Source: Deltaproteobacteria bacterium
GTDB lineage: Bacteria > Myxococcota_A > UBA9160 > SZUA-336
DNA: 64,000 nucleotides
Assembly (NCBI GenBank): GCA_031396695.1
Contig: JANNLG010000171.1
Location: 6,053 to 70,052 of the forward strand
Direction: 5' to 3'
Below the pieces are notes generated by a model. It saw nothing but the letters and a program-made list of their open reading frames with translations, was not told the origin of the DNA and did no database searches. Every line of letters begins with the position of its first letter. The first letter of the stretch is position 1. The translations under genes were made by a program, and so were the position numbers. Below, piece after piece: positions 56,681 through 64,000 of the stretch.

Positions 56681-58645
56681 ATGAGCTCGACCGAACTCAC
56701 CCCGAACGATTCGGGGACGGACCTCGACCTGTGGGGTCAACTGCGCGTGGTGCGGCGCTGCCTGCCGCTCCTGCGCGGCGTGCGCCGACACCTCGTGGTG
56801 TTGCTTCTCTCGATGGCCGCGCTCGCGCTCGTCGGCTTCGCGAGCTTCCTGGTCTACGCGCCCGCGCTCTGGAACGGCGCGTTGCAGGGCCAGCCGATCT
56901 CGGAGCTCGCCGCGCGCGCGGTCGGCATGGCGCCCGAGCGGGTCGCGCACGTGGAGGCGCTTGACGCTCCGCTGCGCCGCGCGCTCGCGGAGCGCCTCAC
57001 CTGGATGCTCGCCGGACTCAGCGTCTCGATCGCCGCGGGGATCATGGCGGTCGGCTACTACGGCATCTGGATCCTGCAGCGCGTGAACCAATCGCTGCGG
57101 CTGCAGCTGGTCGATCGCCTGCAGACGCTCTCGCTGCGCTTCCACGATCAGAGCCGCGTGGGCGACGCGATCTACCGCACCTATCAGGACAGCGCGATGG
57201 TCACGCAGGTCGTCCAGTCGTACATCATCGCGCCGATCGCCGGCGCCACGCAGGCGGTCACGCTGACGCTCGTGCTGGTCGCGTTCTCGCCCGCGCTCGC
57301 GCTGGCGCTCGCCGCGACCTGGCTGCCGCTGCTCGCGCTCGGGCTGTGGTTCTCGAAGCGCCTGCGCGCGCGCTTCCGCGTCGCACGCGAGACCAACAGC
57401 GGGCTGACCTCGCGGATCCAGGAGAGCCTCGCCGGAGTGCGCGTGATCAAGGCGTACGGGCTCGAGGGCTTCGAGCAGGCGCGCTTCGAGAGCGCCTCGC
57501 ACGCCGCGTTCGCGGGGGCGCGCGCGGCCCGCAGCCAGCTCGCGACTTTCGGCGTGCTCGTGTTCTGGGTGATCGGCGCGTCGACGCTCGCGGCCAGCGT
57601 GCTCGCCACGCTCGCGACGCGCGCCGAGTCGCCGCTCTGGATCGCGAGCCTGGTGGCTTCGCGCGGGCCGGAGTTCGCGCAGGCCTGGCTCGCGAGCGCG
57701 GGCATCGGCCTGTGGACGCTCGGCCTGTACAACGCCTGGAAAGGCATGTTCGCGTCGGGCGCAGGCAGCATCGTCGGGATCTTCCGCACCTGGGGCCGCG
57801 CGCAGGACATCGCCGTCGGGCTCGATCGCGTGTTCGAGCTGCTCGATACCGAGCCCGAGGTGCAGGACGCGCCGGATGCGATCGCGCTCGCGCCGCTGCG
57901 CGATCGGATCGCGTTCAAGGACGTGAGCTTCGCGTACCAGACGGAGCGGCCGGCACTGGTCGGTGTCAGCTTCGAAGCCAGAATCAGCGCGATCACCGCG
58001 CTGGTCGGTCCGACCGGCTCCGGCAAGAGCTCGCTGATGGCGCTCCTGCTGCGGCTCTACGATCCCGACTCGGGCAGCATCGAGTTCGACGGCGTCGACC
58101 TGCGCCGGCTGCGCGTTGCCGACCTGCGCGGAGCGATCGCGATCGCGCTGCAGGAGAACGTGCTGTTCGCCGCCAGCGTGCGCGAGAACATCCGCTACGC
58201 GGTGCCCGACGCGGACGATGCCGCAGTGCGCGAGGCCGCGCGTGTCGCCTGCGCCGACGAATTCATCACCGCGCTCCCGCAGGGCTACGACAGCATGCTC
58301 GGCGAGCGTGGCGCGAAGCTCTCGACGGGCCAGCGGCAGCGCATCACGATCGCGCGCGCGATCCTGAAGAACTCGGCCATCCTCGTGCTCGACGAGCCCA
58401 CGGCTTCGCTCGACGCCGAGACCGAGCACCGCCTGGTGCGCAATCTCGCCGCTTGGGGCGCGGGCCGCTGCGTCTTCCTGATCACCCATCGACTTTCGAC
58501 GATTCGCATGGCGGATCAGATCGTCTACCTCGACGCGGGCCGGATCGTCGAGTCCGGGCAGCACGACGCGCTGATGGCGCGAAGCGACGGCGCCTACCGC
58601 GCCTTGGTCGAGACCGAGCGCATCGACTCGCGAGTCGCGCCGTGA
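56681..58645 (+). CDS. ABC transporter ATP-binding/permease protein (type I exporter, MsbA-like), subunit 1.
   Basis: ATG at 56681 (MSSTELTPNDSG...), six TM helices, Walker A GPTGSGKSS, the signature LSTGQRQRITIAR and Walker B ILVLDEPT. Confidence 0.85.
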   Translation: MSSTELTPNDSGTDLDLWGQLRVVRRCLPLLRGVRRHLVVLLLSMAALALVGFASFLVYAPALWNGALQGQPISELAARAVGMAPERVAHVEALDAPLRRALAERLTWMLAGLSVSIAAGIMAVGYYGIWILQRVNQSLRLQLVDRLQTLSLRFHDQSRVGDAIYRTYQDSAMVTQVVQSYIIAPIAGATQAVTLTLVLVAFSPALALALAATWLPLLALGLWFSKRLRARFRVARETNSGLTSRIQESLAGVRVIKAYGLEGFEQARFESASHAAFAGARAARSQLATFGVLVFWVIGASTLAASVLATLATRAESPLWIASLVASRGPEFAQAWLASAGIGLWTLGLYNAWKGMFASGAGSIVGIFRTWGRAQDIAVGLDRVFELLDTEPEVQDAPDAIALAPLRDRIAFKDVSFAYQTERPALVGVSFEARISAITALVGPTGSGKSSLMALLLRLYDPDSGSIEFDGVDLRRLRVADLRGAIAIALQENVLFAASVRENIRYAVPDADDAAVREAARVACADEFITALPQGYDSMLGERGAKLSTGQRQRITIARAILKNSAILVLDEPTASLDAETEHRLVRNLAAWGAGRCVFLITHRLSTIRMADQIVYLDAGRIVESGQHDALMARSDGAYRALVETERIDSRVAP

Positions 58646-60603
58646 GCGGACCCGTCGAGCCGGTCGCGCGCTCTTCGGTCGAAACGCTGGCGAGCTTCGC
58701 GCGCGCGCTGCGCTACGCCGCGCCGCTGCGCGGACGCTTCGCGGCGAAGATCGGACTCACGGCGCTCTCGCTCGTGCCGATGCTGGTCCTGCCCGTGCCG
58801 ATCAAGCTGTTGATCGATCACGTGATCGGAGATCTCTCGATCGCCGATCGGATCCACTCGTATCCCATGCTCGCCCGGCCGTTCGTGCGCCTGCTCGAGC
58901 ACGCCGACTACACGGAGATCCTCGCCTGGACGATCGGCGCGCAGGCGCTGCTCCTGATCCTGATCGGGCAGATCGGCTCCGACGGCGGCGAGCGCGACCG
59001 CACCGACGCCTGGCTCGCGTCGGGCGTCGACGCCGCGACCGCGACCGAGAACGCGGCGAACGCGGGCTTCAGCTTCGCGGGCGGACTGTTCGGGCTGTTC
59101 GATTTCCGCTGGACGCTGCGGCTCACGCAGGACCTGAACCACCACTACCGAGCGAGGCTCTTCGAGCGCATCCAGAGTCTGCCGCTGCATCTGTTCGACG
59201 ACGCGCGCATCGGCGACGCGGTCTACCGCCTGATGTACGACACGCCGGCCATCACGCAGACTTGCTACCGGATCATCCTGGTGCCGACGCTCGTGCCGTT
59301 CGCGATCGCGGCCTACGCGTTCACGATCTGGGACAGCTTCGGCCAGTCGCGGCTCGCGCTGGCGGCGATCGCGTTCGCGCCGCTCGCGTTCATCGCGACG
59401 TGGCCGTTCGCGCGGCTCGTGCGCCGACAGGGCGGGCGCAGCCGCGCGGCCGGGTCCGTGTCCACGACCTCGCTCGAGGAAGGCGTCGCGAACATCTTGG
59501 CGGTGCAGACGCAGGGCGGCGAGGGCCGCGAACGCGCGCGCTTCGATCGCGACAGCGCGCGCTCGTTCGCGCAACACCGCGGCGTGATGGCGCTCGGGAT
59601 GATCGCGATCCTGGTCGCTTTCGTGCCCGGCATCGCGCTGCTGCGCTGGGTGTTTCTCGAGATCGTGGAATTGGTGATCTCGGGCGCGATCAGCCTGGGC
59701 GACTTCTCTGTGCTCTTCACCTATTTCATCCAGATCGGCGTCTTCGCGGTGATGTTCGGATCGCTCTGGTTCACGCTGCAGACTTCGGCGCCGGGCCTGG
59801 AGCGCGTGTTCTTCCTGATGGATCTCGAGCCCGAGCGCGACCCCCCCGGCGCGCGCGAGCTGCCACGCGCCACGCGCAGCCTGGCGTTCGAGGACGTCGA
59901 CTTCGCCTGGCCCGACGGCACGCCCGCGCTGCGCGGCGTGTCGTTCGAGGCGACACTCGGTCGCGTCACCGCGATCGTCGGCCCGGCGGGCGCGGGCAAG
60001 ACCACGCTGATCTACCACGTGCCGCGTTTCCTGCAGCCGACGCGCGGCCGGGTTCGCGTCGACGGCGTCGATCTCGCCGGCGTCACGCGCGATTCGCTGC
60101 GCGCGCAGATCGCGTTCATCTTCCAGGAGAGCGCGCTCTTCGACGGAACGATCGAGGAGAACCTGCGGCTCGCGAACCCGAACGCCTCCGAGCTCGAGCT
60201 GCGCCGCGCTGTGCAGATCTCCGGCGCGGACGAATTCGTGCGCCGTCTACCCGATGGCCTCGCGACGCGGCTCGGCCGCGCAGGCGCCGGGCTTTCGGTC
60301 GGCCAGAAGCAGCGCCTCGCGATCGCGCGAGGCCTGCTGCGAGACGCGCCCATCCTGATCCTGGACGAGCCGACCTCCGCGCTCGATCCCGACACCGAAC
60401 GGCGTCTGCTCGCGAGCTTGCGCGAAGCCGCGCGCGAGCGCATCGTGCTGGTGGTCGCGCACCGGCTCTCGACCGTGCGCGCAGCCGACCAGATCCTGTT
60501 CCTGCGCGACGGCGCGATCGTCGAGCGCGGCACCCACGACGAGCTGATCGCCATCCCCGGAGGCGCCTACCGCCGCTACGCGGAACTGCAGTCCGCTGGC
60601 TGA
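58642..60603 (+). CDS. ABC transporter ATP-binding/permease protein (type I exporter), subunit 2.
   Basis: GTG at 58642 overlaps the previous stop (GTGA). TM domain, then Walker A GPAGAGKTT, the signature LSVGQKQRLAIAR and Walker B ILILDEPT. It is probably the heterodimer partner of the preceding gene. Confidence 0.85.
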   Translation: MSGPVEPVARSSVETLASFARALRYAAPLRGRFAAKIGLTALSLVPMLVLPVPIKLLIDHVIGDLSIADRIHSYPMLARPFVRLLEHADYTEILAWTIGAQALLLILIGQIGSDGGERDRTDAWLASGVDAATATENAANAGFSFAGGLFGLFDFRWTLRLTQDLNHHYRARLFERIQSLPLHLFDDARIGDAVYRLMYDTPAITQTCYRIILVPTLVPFAIAAYAFTIWDSFGQSRLALAAIAFAPLAFIATWPFARLVRRQGGRSRAAGSVSTTSLEEGVANILAVQTQGGEGRERARFDRDSARSFAQHRGVMALGMIAILVAFVPGIALLRWVFLEIVELVISGAISLGDFSVLFTYFIQIGVFAVMFGSLWFTLQTSAPGLERVFFLMDLEPERDPPGARELPRATRSLAFEDVDFAWPDGTPALRGVSFEATLGRVTAIVGPAGAGKTTLIYHVPRFLQPTRGRVRVDGVDLAGVTRDSLRAQIAFIFQESALFDGTIEENLRLANPNASELELRRAVQISGADEFVRRLPDGLATRLGRAGAGLSVGQKQRLAIARGLLRDAPILILDEPTSALDPDTERRLLASLREAARERIVLVVAHRLSTVRAADQILFLRDGAIVERGTHDELIAIPGGAYRRYAELQSAG

Positions 60604-60656
60604 ATCCGGCGAGACATTGGAACGGGAGGGCCGGACGCGAAGCCGAGCGAAGTCAA

Positions 60657-61715
60657 TCAGGCGTAGCGCGAGCGCCGCTTCACCGCAAGCGCGCGCTCGA
60701 GGTAGAAGATCTCGACGCGCTTCTCGTCGCCGGGGCCGTGCTCGAACTTGTGGCCGCGCAGGATCACGTCGAGACGGCCGAGATCGGGGCGGCCCTGCAG
60801 GTCGCTCTTCGCCGCGATCTCCGTCGACGCGAACACCGTGTCGCCCGAGAAGATCGGCGCGGTGTGGCGGCCGGTCTTGTAGACGATGTCGCCCAGACTG
60901 TTGTCCGAGATGTCGGGGCTCGAGAGTCCCAAGCAGAGCGTGAAGGGAATGCCGCCGAACACGACCAGCTTGCCGCCCAGGTAGCGGCTCGGATCGCGGT
61001 CGATCATGGTCTGGTTGCAGTGCACCTGCGAGGTGTTGTCGAGCATGCCGGTCAAAAAGATGTGCTCGTCGGTCATCACGCGGCCGCGCGAGTGCTCGAT
61101 CGTGTCGCCGGGCTTGAAATCCTCGAAGTAGGTGTCGGCGTTCGAGAGGTGCGCGAGCTCGGCGTAGCCGGCGTTCGAGTCGTAGGCGGGCAGCTCGAGC
61201 GCGACGTCCACCTGCGCAGCGGGCACGTCGCCGAGATCGAGCAAGGCGTTCGCCTCGTGTCGGAACACCTGCACCTTGCGCTGGTAGGCGAGCACGATCT
61301 CGCCGGTCTGCTTGCGCGCGACGCTCTGCACGTGCACGACGCCGAGCTCGGGCCGGCTCGCCGAACTTTTCACGCCCAGCACCGTCGTCTCGGTCTCGAT
61401 CGTGTCGCCGACGAAGACCGGCGCGCCGAAGCGCATGTCGATGTACTCGAGGTTCGCGCGCGCGTTCTCGGAGATGTCCTCGACGGTCTGGCTGAACGCG
61501 ACCGCCATCACCAGGCCGGGCGGAATCGGCAGCGCGGCGTAGCCGTAGGCGCGCGCGTAGCGCAGGTTCTTGTGCAGCGGGTTGGCGGTGAACGAGAAGT
61601 CGGTGAAGTGCGCGGTGAGACCCTCGGTGACCGTGCGCCCGCCCTTGTGGCGGAACAGCTGCCCCAGACGGAAGTCCTCGAGGAAGTTGCCGGTCTTCTT
61701 GCGAATCAGTGCCAA
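60657..61715 (-). CDS. MaoC-family (double hot-dog) dehydratase, mesaconyl-CoA / (R)-enoyl-CoA hydratase-like.
   Basis: 352 aa with two hot-dog halves (...FGAPVFVGDTIETETTVLGVK... and ...APIFSGDTVFASTEIAAK...). Confidence 0.8.
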   Translation of the reverse strand: MALIRKKTGNFLEDFRLGQLFRHKGGRTVTEGLTAHFTDFSFTANPLHKNLRYARAYGYAALPIPPGLVMAVAFSQTVEDISENARANLEYIDMRFGAPVFVGDTIETETTVLGVKSSASRPELGVVHVQSVARKQTGEIVLAYQRKVQVFRHEANALLDLGDVPAAQVDVALELPAYDSNAGYAELAHLSNADTYFEDFKPGDTIEHSRGRVMTDEHIFLTGMLDNTSQVHCNQTMIDRDPSRYLGGKLVVFGGIPFTLCLGLSSPDISDNSLGDIVYKTGRHTAPIFSGDTVFASTEIAAKSDLQGRPDLGRLDVILRGHKFEHGPGDEKRVEIFYLERALAVKRRSRYA

Positions 61716-61745
61716 AGGGGGGTCCTCCTGCCGCGCGGCCGGAGT

Positions 61746-63041
61746 CTAGAACTGCCCTCGTCGAGCGAGCAAGTGCGGGCGCAGAGCGCCGGCGAGGAAG
61801 ATCGAGCCGGCGATCACGATGCCGCCGTCGGAGCCGGAGCGGCGCCGTGCGAGCTCGAGCGCGCGCAGGGGATCACGCTCGACCTCGACGTCGGGAATCC
61901 CGGCCGCCCAGGCGAGCGCGGCCAGCTCGTCGGGATCGAGCGAGCGCTGCGGCTCCACCGCCGTGGCGACACAGAGCCGCGTCACGTCGCTGAGCTCGGC
62001 GACGATGCCCGCGGCGTCCTTGTCGCGCGAGACGGAGAGCAGCAGCGCGAAGCGCCGACCGGGCCAGAGCGTTTCGAGCGTGCGCCGCAGCGCGCGCGCC
62101 GAGTCGGGCGTGTGGGCGCTGTCGAGGATCACGTCGCCGATCCGCTCCAGCCGCGCGGGCAGCTCGAGCGTCTCGAGCGACGCGAGCTCCTTGGCCGTGA
62201 GCGCCCGCTCCAGGAAGCGCTCGGCCGCGTGCACCGCGAGCGCCAGGTTCACGGCCTGGTGCGCACCCAGCACGCGGCTCGAAACGGCGCGGCCGTCCTC
62301 GAGCCGGAAGGCGAGGCCCGACGCCGAGCTGTGTAGATCGGACACCTCGACGCCTTCGAGCGCGGCGCCGACCGCGATGCTCTGGGCTGCGATGGCGCCC
62401 CACGCCTCGGGATCGAGCTCGCCGTGCAGCGCCGGCACGCCGGCCCGCAGGATGCCGGCCTTCTCGCGCGCGATCAGCTCGAGCGTGCCGCCGAGCTTGT
62501 CGGTGTGCTCGAGCTGGATCGTGGTCACGACCGAGACTCGCGACTCGACGACGTTGGTCGAGTCGAGCCGGCCGCCGAGCCCGACTTCGATCGCGGCCAC
62601 GTCGACACCGGCCTTGCGGAACAGCGCGAGCGCGAGCGCGGTCGAGACGTCGAAGAAGCTCGGACACAGATCCGGGTCCAGCCGCAGGCGCTCGATCGGG
62701 GCTTGCATCGCGCGCAGCTCCGCTACCAGAGCGTCCTCGGCGACGAGCTCGCCGTCGATGCGGAAGCGCTCGCGCCAGCTCACCAAGTGCGGCGAGGTGT
62801 AGGTGCCGACGCGCAGACCGGCCGCGCGCAGGAGACACTCGGTCGCGAGCGTGACCGTTCCCTTCCCCTTCGAGCCCGCCACGTGCACGCACGGCAGACC
62901 TCGCTCGGGGCTGCCGATCGCTTCGAGCAGCGCGCGGATCGGCGCGAGCGCGAGTCGCTCGTAGTCGAACTGCGTCTTCTTCTCGCGGTTGATCAGTTGG
63001 TCGAGATAGCGCTCCGCGTCGCGCAGCGTCTGGAGCTCCAT
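61746..63041 (-). CDS. folC: Bifunctional folylpolyglutamate synthase / dihydrofolate synthase.
   Basis: ...VHVAGSKGKGTVTLATECLLRAAGLRVGTYTSPHLVSWRERF...IEVGLGGRLDSTNVV... are Mur-ligase family FolC motifs. Confidence 0.9.
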   Translation of the reverse strand: MELQTLRDAERYLDQLINREKKTQFDYERLALAPIRALLEAIGSPERGLPCVHVAGSKGKGTVTLATECLLRAAGLRVGTYTSPHLVSWRERFRIDGELVAEDALVAELRAMQAPIERLRLDPDLCPSFFDVSTALALALFRKAGVDVAAIEVGLGGRLDSTNVVESRVSVVTTIQLEHTDKLGGTLELIAREKAGILRAGVPALHGELDPEAWGAIAAQSIAVGAALEGVEVSDLHSSASGLAFRLEDGRAVSSRVLGAHQAVNLALAVHAAERFLERALTAKELASLETLELPARLERIGDVILDSAHTPDSARALRRTLETLWPGRRFALLLSVSRDKDAAGIVAELSDVTRLCVATAVEPQRSLDPDELAALAWAAGIPDVEVERDPLRALELARRRSGSDGGIVIAGSIFLAGALRPHLLARRGQF

Positions 63042-63062
63042 CTTTGCTAGCCTGACTCCGTG

Positions 63063-64000
63063 ATGCCGCGCTCCGGAACGAGCGTCCGTTGGTGGGTGTA
63101 CGGTTCACCGACGCCGAAGCTCGACGCCCTCCTCGCGGATCCCGAGGCCGTCCTCGCGGGTCCCGGGATTCTTGCCCGCGAGCTGACCGGCCGCAAACGC
63201 TTCTTCCGCGTCGACGCGGGCCCGGCCGAGCCGGCCCTGTACGTGAAGGTCTTCGCGCTGCCGCCCGGCGCGAAGCGCCTGCGGTACTTTTTGCGCCGCT
63301 CGAAGGCGCGCATGGAGCACGCGATCGCCACGCGCCTCGAGCGGCTCGGCTTCGAAGTCGCCGCGCCGATCGCGGTCGGCGAGCAGCGGAGCAACGGCGT
63401 GCTCGAGAAGAGCTACTCGGTGATTCGCGAAATCGAAGCGCGCGATCTGGTGCGCGTGCTCGGCGACAACACGCTGCCGGGCGCCGAGCGCCGCGCGTTG
63501 CTCGAGCGCTTCGCGGCGCTCGCGCGAAGGCTTCACGACGCGGGCGTCGACCAGGACGACTTCGCGCCGAACAACTTCTTGGCGCGGCCGGACGGCGCGT
63601 TCGTGCTGATCGACTTCGAGCGCTGCCGCGTGCGGCGGCGGCTCGGCCACGCGCGCTGGACGCAGCTTGCGAAGCTGCACCGCCGCGATCTGGGCGTCTC
63701 GCGCAGCGACCGGCTTCGCTTCCTGCGCTCTTACCTCGGCGCGGGCAGCGGCCGCGCCGAGCGGCGCGAAGCGTGGGAGCGGATCTGGCCCGAGTTCCGC
63801 CGCATCCGACGCCACGACGCGCGCCACGCGGAGGCCTCGGCGTTCCGCGAGGGGCGCAACCTCGCGCGCCAGGGCGACACGTGGGTGATGCGCGCGCGCG
63901 CGAGCGCGAAGACGATCGCGCTCGAGCTCGACGTCGAGACTGCACGCCGCTGCTGGCTCCGCGCACAGCAGCTCGAGCGGCTCGGCCTGCCCGCGTTGCG
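63063..64000 (+). CDS. Lipopolysaccharide kinase (Kdo/WaaP/InaA) family protein, 3'-truncated by the window edge (not in the ORF track).
   Basis: ATG at 63063, with the frame open to the end of the window: MPRSGTSVRWWVYGSPTPKLDALLADPEAVLAGPGILARELTGRKRFFRVDAGPAEPALYVKVFALPP...RLHDAGVDQDDFAPNNFLARPDGAFVLIDFERC... is the RIO-like kinase catalytic loop and DFE motif. Divergent from folC. Confidence 0.6.
   Translation, partial: MPRSGTSVRWWVYGSPTPKLDALLADPEAVLAGPGILARELTGRKRFFRVDAGPAEPALYVKVFALPPGAKRLRYFLRRSKARMEHAIATRLERLGFEVAAPIAVGEQRSNGVLEKSYSVIREIEARDLVRVLGDNTLPGAERRALLERFAALARRLHDAGVDQDDFAPNNFLARPDGAFVLIDFERCRVRRRLGHARWTQLAKLHRRDLGVSRSDRLRFLRSYLGAGSGRAERREAWERIWPEFRRIRRHDARHAEASAFREGRNLARQGDTWVMRARASAKTIALELDVETARRCWLRAQQLERLGLPAL

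Overview
This is a 64-kb, very GC-rich (about 70% or higher) bacterial chromosomal segment. It is densely packed with about 58 protein-coding genes on both strands, and many adjacent genes share 4-bp stop/start overlaps (ATGA, GTGA, TTGA), which indicates operons. I found no rRNA, tRNA, CRISPR array, IS or prophage signatures.

The provided ORF track treats GTG and TTG as starts and, because of the GC content, contains many long spurious ORFs. These include antisense ORFs and N-terminal extensions of real genes. I trimmed the real genes to plausible starts by reading the proteins.

The content is mostly housekeeping:
- Respiration and metabolism: type II NADH dehydrogenase, indolepyruvate:ferredoxin oxidoreductase, CysE, GloB, Xth, Asd, FolC, PanE, acetoacetyl-CoA synthetase, crotonase, MaoC dehydratase.
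- Cofactor synthesis: MobA, MoeA, ThiE.
- Regulation: Fur, PtsP (enzyme I-Ntr), two histidine kinases, a sigma-54 NtrC-type activator, a Fis-type response regulator, an XRE regulator.
- Envelope and secretion: an AsmA-like protein, a heterodimeric ABC exporter, an exosortase-EpsI fusion, a Kdo/LPS-kinase-like gene.
- A complete MoxR-DUF58-DUF4381-BatA-BatB-BatD ('aerotolerance') operon.
- A LemA-TPM-TPM cluster and an RDD/SpoIIM-like (DUF95) membrane pair.

The most unusual observation is a 113-codon ArsC/YffB-fold thioredoxin-like gene on the minus strand at 15094..15435. It carries an in-frame TGA exactly at the first Cys of its CxxC motif, giving U-T-S-C, followed 15 nt later by a GC-rich hairpin. 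I read this as a candidate selenocysteine-containing redox protein that ORF calling split into a 64-aa fragment. It sits just downstream of a bfd gene that has a Fur-box-like operator.

Other second-look items:
- A sigma-54 type promoter with upstream palindromes in front of a small acidic ORF, in a lower-GC pocket.
- Two divergent citrate-synthase-like paralogues, one fused to an HTH, sharing an intergenic 16-bp perfect palindrome and a GATC cluster.
- A TPM-domain gene with no canonical start codon.
- A B12-binding radical-SAM gene flanked by a zinc-ribbon methyltransferase and a glycosyltransferase.
- An NrtS-like micro-ORF immediately after the oxidoreductase.

Gene content (exosortase, AsmA, LemA/TPM, sigma-54, Bat operon, selenoprotein) suggests a Gram-negative, possibly myxobacterial or deltaproteobacterial-like organism. 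That is inference only.
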